From positions 1 to 9,765 of the forward strand of contig JBHGNT010001330.1 in assembly GCA_043228905.1 (NCBI GenBank): a DNA stretch of 9,765 nt, given 5' to 3'. The stretch is from Azolla caroliniana (Eukaryota; Plantae; Polypodiophyta). The notes under the pieces were generated by a model. The model worked only from the letters and a program-made list of their open reading frames with translations. It searched no databases and had not been told where the DNA came from. Positions 1 to 7,100 of the stretch are shown here, one piece after another. The first letter of the stretch is position 1, and each line of letters begins with the position of its first letter. The translations under genes were made by a program, and so were the position numbers.

Positions 1-72
1 TTGTCTTGCCAAAATCATTAGCTTTGTCTTGTCTTCTCTATCGTTTGTTCATGGATCCTTTGGAGAGCTACA

Positions 73-493
73 ATCAATGAATACAACATAAATAGAGGTC
101 ATTAAGGCATTCAAATATGTTAAGGATCAGGTTACAAAGTTCTCTACTTATAGATTTGAGTTTGAATCTTCGTTGATGTAGCAAATTATGTCAAATAATA
201 TCTCTTATTATTTTTGCATACCACTAAAAGAGACTATTCTAGTTGTTTAGCATATTACTCTTATTCCACTTGTGGTGATGCCAGTAAGACCCCACCATAC
301 AAGCATCCACAAGTATATGATTTCGAATCTCTCTCTCTCATCATTTATCCTTTCCAAAGATAAATGATGGATCCATTACAAATAGAGGTCGTAAGCCATC
401 CAAATCTTATTGTGATCACATTACAAATATTGTTAATAGAGATCAATGATGGATACACTACAAATAGAGGCCACAAGAAATCCAAATATAATT
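73..493. repeat. Three degenerate copies of an approximately 70-80 nt unit in the 3' flank (about 73-141, 364-431, 441-493)
   Basis: Shared core aatga...aaatagagg(t/c)c...aag..at.caaat. aaatagagg occurs at 90, 380 and 462. Confidence 0.75.
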
Positions 494-819
494 GGGAACA
501 CATCATAAAGCTTGGTAACAGAGATCCAGGCTATTTTAATAAGCGTACTATTTCTATTATAGTTGTATGCAAAGTTATTAAGCTCCCAAACTCATTAATA
601 TATAATACCACAATCATCAATAACTGAAAGCTATATATGACAATGTGTATTGAAATCGGTGCAATGGTCATAACAGTTGATTTCATTTGCAGAGGAAATA
701 TACAGCAAGAAACCCATTGTGATCACCATGAATAACTCAAAACAAGAGCTAAATTTACTCGTTAAGACATTTCAATGTGATTCACCCCAACAAGGTGCAC
801 TCTCAATTCCCTTGAACAC

Positions 820-858
820 AACAAAGTTGTACAAGAACTGAACAAAGTTGTACAAGAA
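820..858. repeat. Exact 18-nt direct repeat aacaaagttgtacaagaa, period 21, in the likely 3' UTR
   Basis: Copies at 820-837 and 841-858. Confidence 0.9.
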
Positions 859-1045
859 ATGGTTCCATATAATCATCGCAACTGATTCTTGACATTTCAA
901 ATGTCGAGAGTATTATAATCCTATCTATGCATGATCAAGTGGCCCATTAAACTCACGCTGATCGCCTCATTAGTCTAATGTTAGTTTGTTGCTACATGAT
1001 CTCCTTAGCTTTTGAGCTAAGAATATACTTCTAAACCTAAATCCA

Positions 1046-1170
1046 TCAACCATCCATTTCCTCTTCGCCCTCAACTTCATCATCTTCGTCAACAAGTTTG
1101 CTAATCTCTTCTTGTATAAGGATCTTGACATGAGCTTTGTTCTGAGATAGATCAACATTGAATTTGGCTC
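1046..1170 (-). CDS. DEK: DEK terminal coding exon 11 (GAKFNVDLSQNKAHVKILIQEEISKLVDEDDEVEGEEEMDG*), 125 nt
   Basis: Acceptor aaacAG at 1172-1171 and stop TGA at 1048-1046. End of DEK-C followed by an acidic tail. Confidence 0.93.
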
Positions 1171-4100
1171 CTGTTTGAAAAATCATCACATACACCAAAA
1201 AAGTTATAATATCATCAAAGAAGTCAGAAGCGTCACTTAAAACAACTCAAGACACACATCACAGTAATTGCCATTTAGCATTATACCTAGTTGCTTCACG
1301 ACGTCTGTAAAAGTGACCTGCATGATAAAAGAGAGGCAAAAGATAAATCCAATATGATTAGTTATAAATTATTGTAGGATATCTGAAATACAACAATACA
1401 ATATATGAAAAATAAAATGATAAGAATACTGATCAAAATGCCAAAAAATACCAGCATACCCCCAAGGTTTTTCACAAAATTAACTCCAAACACCTCAGTA
1501 AGACAAAGTGCTTCAGAAGTATTCTGGTGGTTTTTGGTACTCAGAGGTAATCTTTTAAGTATCCTACAATTTAAGGATGTTATGCTGTGTTCCATATATA
1601 TTTTGCAAACAATTTAGTACCGTGCCAAAATCAGCATCACGAAGAAGATCACATATGGCTGAACGTAGATCATCATCTGAAGGTATGGCTGGTTTAGTCT
1701 CTTCTGCACATAATCAATTCAGTAGTACATCTTCGTTATGTGGACACAGAAGAAGGATGCAAGTCGATGCTCAAAGATAGTTCCAAACACAAAAAATTGC
1801 AGTGCAGATCAGCAAACAAATCAAACAAAAGAAGGTTATCTCATAATTGAAAGCCTATAAGTTCAGTGCACAAGCAAAAGATTGTGAAACCTACGACTGT
1901 TGATAGGAGGTCATGACAAAAGTTTGTGCTTGGAAATGAATGTTTGGGTAAATTCATTATCCATAAGTTGATAACTATATGTTTAATTTGATTTTATGCA
2001 AAGAACCCCAAACCTTTTGCCTTCTTCGATGACCCCTCTTTTATTCTTTTATTCTCTTTTTCAGTTTCCTCTCCGCTTGTTTTCTTAGACAATTTCGCTG
2101 ACTTTTTCTTGTCTTTATTTGTGACGGAACCCTCTTTTTTCAAGTCTTGCTTTTTAGATACTTTCATTAAAGATTTGGGTTTTGCGCTTTTACTTTCTAC
2201 TTCGTCTTCCAAGTCTTCATCAGGATCATAGACTGACTTCTTTTGAAGGGGCTTACTTCTGCCTTTTCTAGGGGTTTTAGATTTTCCATCACTTGCTTTG
2301 CTTGCAGACTTGGATATCTGTTTTCTCTTCAGTGATTTTTCTTCGGAATCCTCTTCAGCCACATCATTATCCTCCCCTTCAGCTTCTTCTTCCTCTTCCT
2401 CTGGCCCCTCTGTCTCTTCTTTATCAGATTTGTCTTCTAGCTCAGCATCATTTGTTGCAGGCTTTTGGGCTGACCTCTTGCTTCTTGAATACCCAACCTC
2501 CTTTTCCTTTGCTTCTTGCTCTTCCTCTTGCTCTTCGTCTTGCTCTTGCTCATCCTCTTCCTCTTCCTCTACTTCACCCTTTTCCTCTTCCTCTTCCTCT
2601 TCCTCGTCCTCTTTCTCCTCTTCCTCCTCTACTTCTAGTTCTTCTTGACTTTCAGTATCTTCCGATCTTGAACTCTTTCTTGCAGATCTCTTCTGAACAG
2701 CCTTTTTGGGGCCGTTCACTGATTTTCTTTTTGAAGCTTTTTTCTTCTCCAACTTTGCCTCCTCTTCTTCAGGTTCCTCAACCCCTTCCTCGTCATCGTC
2801 ATTCTCCTCTTCCTCTTCATCTTCATCCTCATCAGGTTGATCTATGGATTCAACTTTTTGTCTCTGATAAAGAAAAATTGTATATCATCAGCAAGATCTT
2901 CAATATGATATACATTATTATTATGAACTCCAATCCAAAGATTAGGTACAGCAAATACGTACCTTGCGAGGTGTTCCTCCAGATGATTTTCTTTTTGTTC
3001 CTTTGATAGGTGTCTTCTTACGCCTTTTGTCTTTCAACTTCTCACAAATAGGGAATAAAAGTTAGAGACATATACTCTTAAAATAAAAATGTCAACTTTA
3101 GAAATCAAAAGAACACACTTGTTCTCTCTCTTCAAGAAGCTTATCAGTTGTCGAATGAGGAGAATCGAGAAAGTCTAGCATTTTTAACACTACATCTTCC
3201 TGAAATCGAAAAGACAATGATATGATCGTCAAAATATTTAGAACATAAATAAACTGCAGTGCTCACCAGACAAGAATACACCTCTCACCTTCTTACTTGT
3301 TTTTGGTAAATTTAAGTCCAAGATTTCACCAACTTGCAAAAGACTGTCTTTAACACACCTCTCAAGCTTTTCTTTCATTCGAGCTTTCTCTTTTTCCTGA
3401 AAAACCAGATGAAATCCATCAAAACCTCATAAAAACTCATATGCAGAAACAAGGATGTGTTCAAATTCTCATTATCACTCTCTCTTCCCTTAGAGGGTTC
3501 CAACCATTCCAGCAGTGAGAGATATAGAGAGAGGGAGAGAGAGAAAGTGCATCTATTTACATGAAAATATTCCTAGTATAAATGTCTTTAAATAGTCCTA
3601 CTATAAATATCTTTCGGAGATTTCATACCTCATTGGCACCCCAGACACAACCTGAAAACTCAAGCAAGTTCGCTTTCACAAGAGTTGGCTACAAAAAGTA
3701 GAAAATATTAATAATGCTAGTCAATTGATAATATTATCAACTTTGTTGATCTATAATAAGCAAGTAACTCTTAAAACCGAGACAGAAACATGTGAATAAT
3801 ATGAATTTGCTTGACTCCTGAAATATACGTAGTGGCAATGAGATATACAGACTGAGGTTACCCAAATTCCTCAAATGTTGTCAGAAGGGATTATTTATTT
3901 TGTTTTTTAATTATCTCAAAGACTCTACAGTAACGTAGAGTTTTTTTCCTCTTCAAATCACTGAAAGTCAAAAGAGTATAAGTAGTTTACACCATTACAC
4001 ATTAATTTTTTAATGATAGTGTAATGGATGTATACAGGATATACATCAAATGTGCTTCTGATATAGACAATCATAGATCAGTCGATTAGAATAATAATGA

Positions 4101-7100
4101 GAAAATGTGCATCAGTGCCTTGATAGATACAAGAAACAAAACAAAATAAATAGATAATTCAATATCAGTCGTCTTTCGAAATTTCCTTTCTTTTGTTCGT
4201 TTTTTAGATGCCATATTGCTATTTTTAAACATAGAATGTAATCCACATAAAACAGCATCGTACAAAAGCTGTGAATGGAATTCAGTAGCTTGAACACCAG
4301 CCAAATAAGAGTACTCCGAGCATGTCCAGCTTCCATAGTGTGACAGGCAGTAATATGCTGTTGAGGTAACTAACTTGACCATGCAAGGGTTCCAAAATGC
4401 ATAACACCAAAATGGTCATAAACATATGCATGACTATAGGATGCCATGTGCATCCCTACAATGGTTGTCTAATACATGTGAAGCAGACCACAATGTGCTT
4501 GTACCATTTGGGGACACTAACCAGCAATTCATCTAGCATTCTTGACTCTCATTTCTTATCTTTCTTCATTTATGGCATTTTTAGAAACTCAGAGAGGTAT
4601 TTGAGTTCAGTTAGATTTACAAGCATATAACACAAACACTATTAAAATCTTATAAAATAATCATGTCTAATAGGGCACATCCTCGACAACCTGTGCTAAT
4701 TTTTAAGTTTACATCTACCAACATAGAACAGAAACATAATTTTCAGCCTTAATCTACACCATATTCCAGCAAATAATTGGCTCCACAGTTCAGTACCCCA
4801 ATGATATTTCTTAATTTATTTCAAATTTCTGTACATGGAGTCCTAACACTGCCAAAGTCTTCTAAAACGGGAATCTCTAAGTGGCAGCATCCTCAAGAGA
4901 TGATGCTAATTTTAAATCAGACACCAATCTTCAATAAGTCCCCAACATAGAACAGAAATAGAGTTTTCACCCTTAACATACACAGTTCCAGGAACTAATT
5001 GACTCCAAACCTTGGTACCCCTGTGATATTTCTTTATTTATTTGATATTTTTGTACATGGAGACAGATTCCAAGCTGCAGCATGACAATTCTTTTGTCTG
5101 ATCTTATGGCATTGAATATCCAACCAAGATTCTCTGTTTATTATTATGGTTGGCCTAAGTTTGCACTAGGGTGCAAAGTCTTGTTCATTTGGACAAGCTG
5201 ATGGACAATGATGATTTCTTCCCCAAGGAAATGTAATGAAGACTCAACACAAACTATATACAAACAGGTGGCTTTGAAATTTTAATTTTCCATAAATACA
5301 ACAAATATAATATATGCATAAATACATGTTATCTGTGGTAGAAAATCTGAAAATCCCCTTTATTGATGCCGCAATAATTGCGTGCTAATGTCATTGGGTG
5401 AACAGCAGTTACCAGACTACATTACAGACTTTGTCCATTTTGGCTTGCACCTATGAAGGATGACTGGATGCATCTTCCATTTCTGGGGCATGGGCAATTC
5501 AGAAAAGACGGCAGTTTTTCCTGTTATTTGATTTTAATATTGGTTAGAGACTTTGTCCATTTTGCCTTGCACCTATGAAGGGTGACTAGGTGTATCTTCA
5601 TGTTCTTCTGGGCATTGGAATTCAGAAAAAAGGCAGTTTTTCCAGATAGATTGGGAGCCCCTGTTCTTTAATTTAAAATTGGTATCATTTCCTGAGGATA
5701 TTCACCACCACAGTGGTTTATCCTATATAGTATATCTGAGCACGATGTCTGCGTTTTTACTGGGGCAGTTGTTACAAGAATTGACACCCAATGAGCTAAA
5801 GTGCTACAATAGCAAGCTAATAAGGATATTCCCTGCCATATTAACTGCTTATATATTCAGTTGATTGTGGAGCTAGGTTTGGATACCAGACTCAATTACT
5901 TTTCCTCAATTTTGGGAGTTAGGTGGGATTGTATACCTATCTTATTCACCCCATTTAAGGAGTCTTATAGCCAGCCAACTACTCTCAATTGGGGCCTACA
6001 TAAAAGGCCCATAGTCTAGTCATGTTCTTAAGCAGCTTTCATCTAATGTCCACCATATACTCTATCTCTTTAGTATGCCAATTGGACAATGAAAGACCAA
6101 TCAAATCCTTATTTTTCAAGGTTTCCTACAACCCCTGTCTAGGCTTCTCAACCTCAGACATGCTGCTAATATAGCCTTTTTTTTTTCTCTCCCTGGTTAT
6201 TGCGAGGTCATTTATGTCTTCTGTCTCATTTCTTGCTTCTGTTGTTATTCCAAACAATTATATACAGCTACCCGACAAATTAAACATTAGGTAAGAAGCC
6301 TATAACAACATCAAAATAGTGAAGTTTAAGGTTTCTACTTGTGAGATTATAGTTTCTCAAACAAGTATGAGTTTGAAAAGCACTTTGTATTTGCAGATGA
6401 CAAATGAATCTCCTTTCAACAAGTCATCAAAGAAACTTAAGAAGATTTAAGCTGCCGCAGCTGCAGATGTGGCTACAGCGGTTTCCCAAGAAGACAAATT
6501 TAATTTGGATACATGCAAAAAACCCTGGGTTGTGTGTTGTGAGATGAGGAAGCCTCGAAAGAAAATGCTAAAATCGTAAACTATAGGTACTATGGATTCA
6601 TGGACAGGTAGGTCAAAATGAAGAGGCAGATCAAAGTCATAGCAAGTTCATACCAACAATTTCGCCTGTTCTCTTCTGAACAAGCACAGTCAAACAATAA
6701 AAAAAAGTCTTTTAAACAGTTAAATTCTAATATATGTTTATTTAGCTTAGAACAATATTAGAAGCATGAATTTCAAATGTTAGAGCAAGGAGTGAGGTTG
6801 AACATGGATTAAAAAGCCTAAAGGTTAATGCTGAAGAGCTTGTACTAGCCTTAAGCAATAAGGTGGAACATATCACATTTTTCAGACAAAACCAAATCTG
6901 ACACTTTGAAGTGACAAATGTGAAACTGTTTCACAATGAGAGACAAACTGACATCGAGAATGAAGAGACAAACTGATTCTCGAACCTAGGGGAATGTAGC
7001 TGGAATATCTACCACTCGAATGCCCAAACATATCCCAAACATTAAGCTTCTATAGACTAGATTAACAAAACAAAAACTTAGTATTTAGAAAGTAGACATA

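Noticed and set aside
820-858. Short direct repeats considered as a CRISPR-like array
   Set aside because: Only two copies with a 3-nt spacer, in a eukaryotic spliced-gene context with no cas genes.
970-1780. ORFs 970..1158, 1362..1595, 1405..1617 and 1577..1780
   Set aside because: Alternative-frame, antisense or intronic ORFs overlapping exons 9-11, with no recognisable domains.
1994-2752. ORF of 252 aa as a standalone gene
   Set aside because: It is the internal part of exon 8. The 'start' is a TTG and the tail GLGFFA* is read-through into intron 8.
2293-3006. Plus-strand ORFs of 237 aa (Pro/Leu-rich) and 116 aa (Ser-rich)
   Set aside because: Antisense shadows of the GAR-rich exon 8. 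The complement of Glu/Lys codons is poor in stop codons, and there is no independent coding evidence.
5208-5350. Plus-strand ATGATGA ... CTGA pair
   Set aside because: Antisense to the host transcript, with no recognisable guide sequence; expected by chance.
6919-6935. Inverted repeat tgtgaaac-t-gtttcaca
   Set aside because: Isolated 8-bp arms with a 1-nt loop and no supporting context; likely chance.
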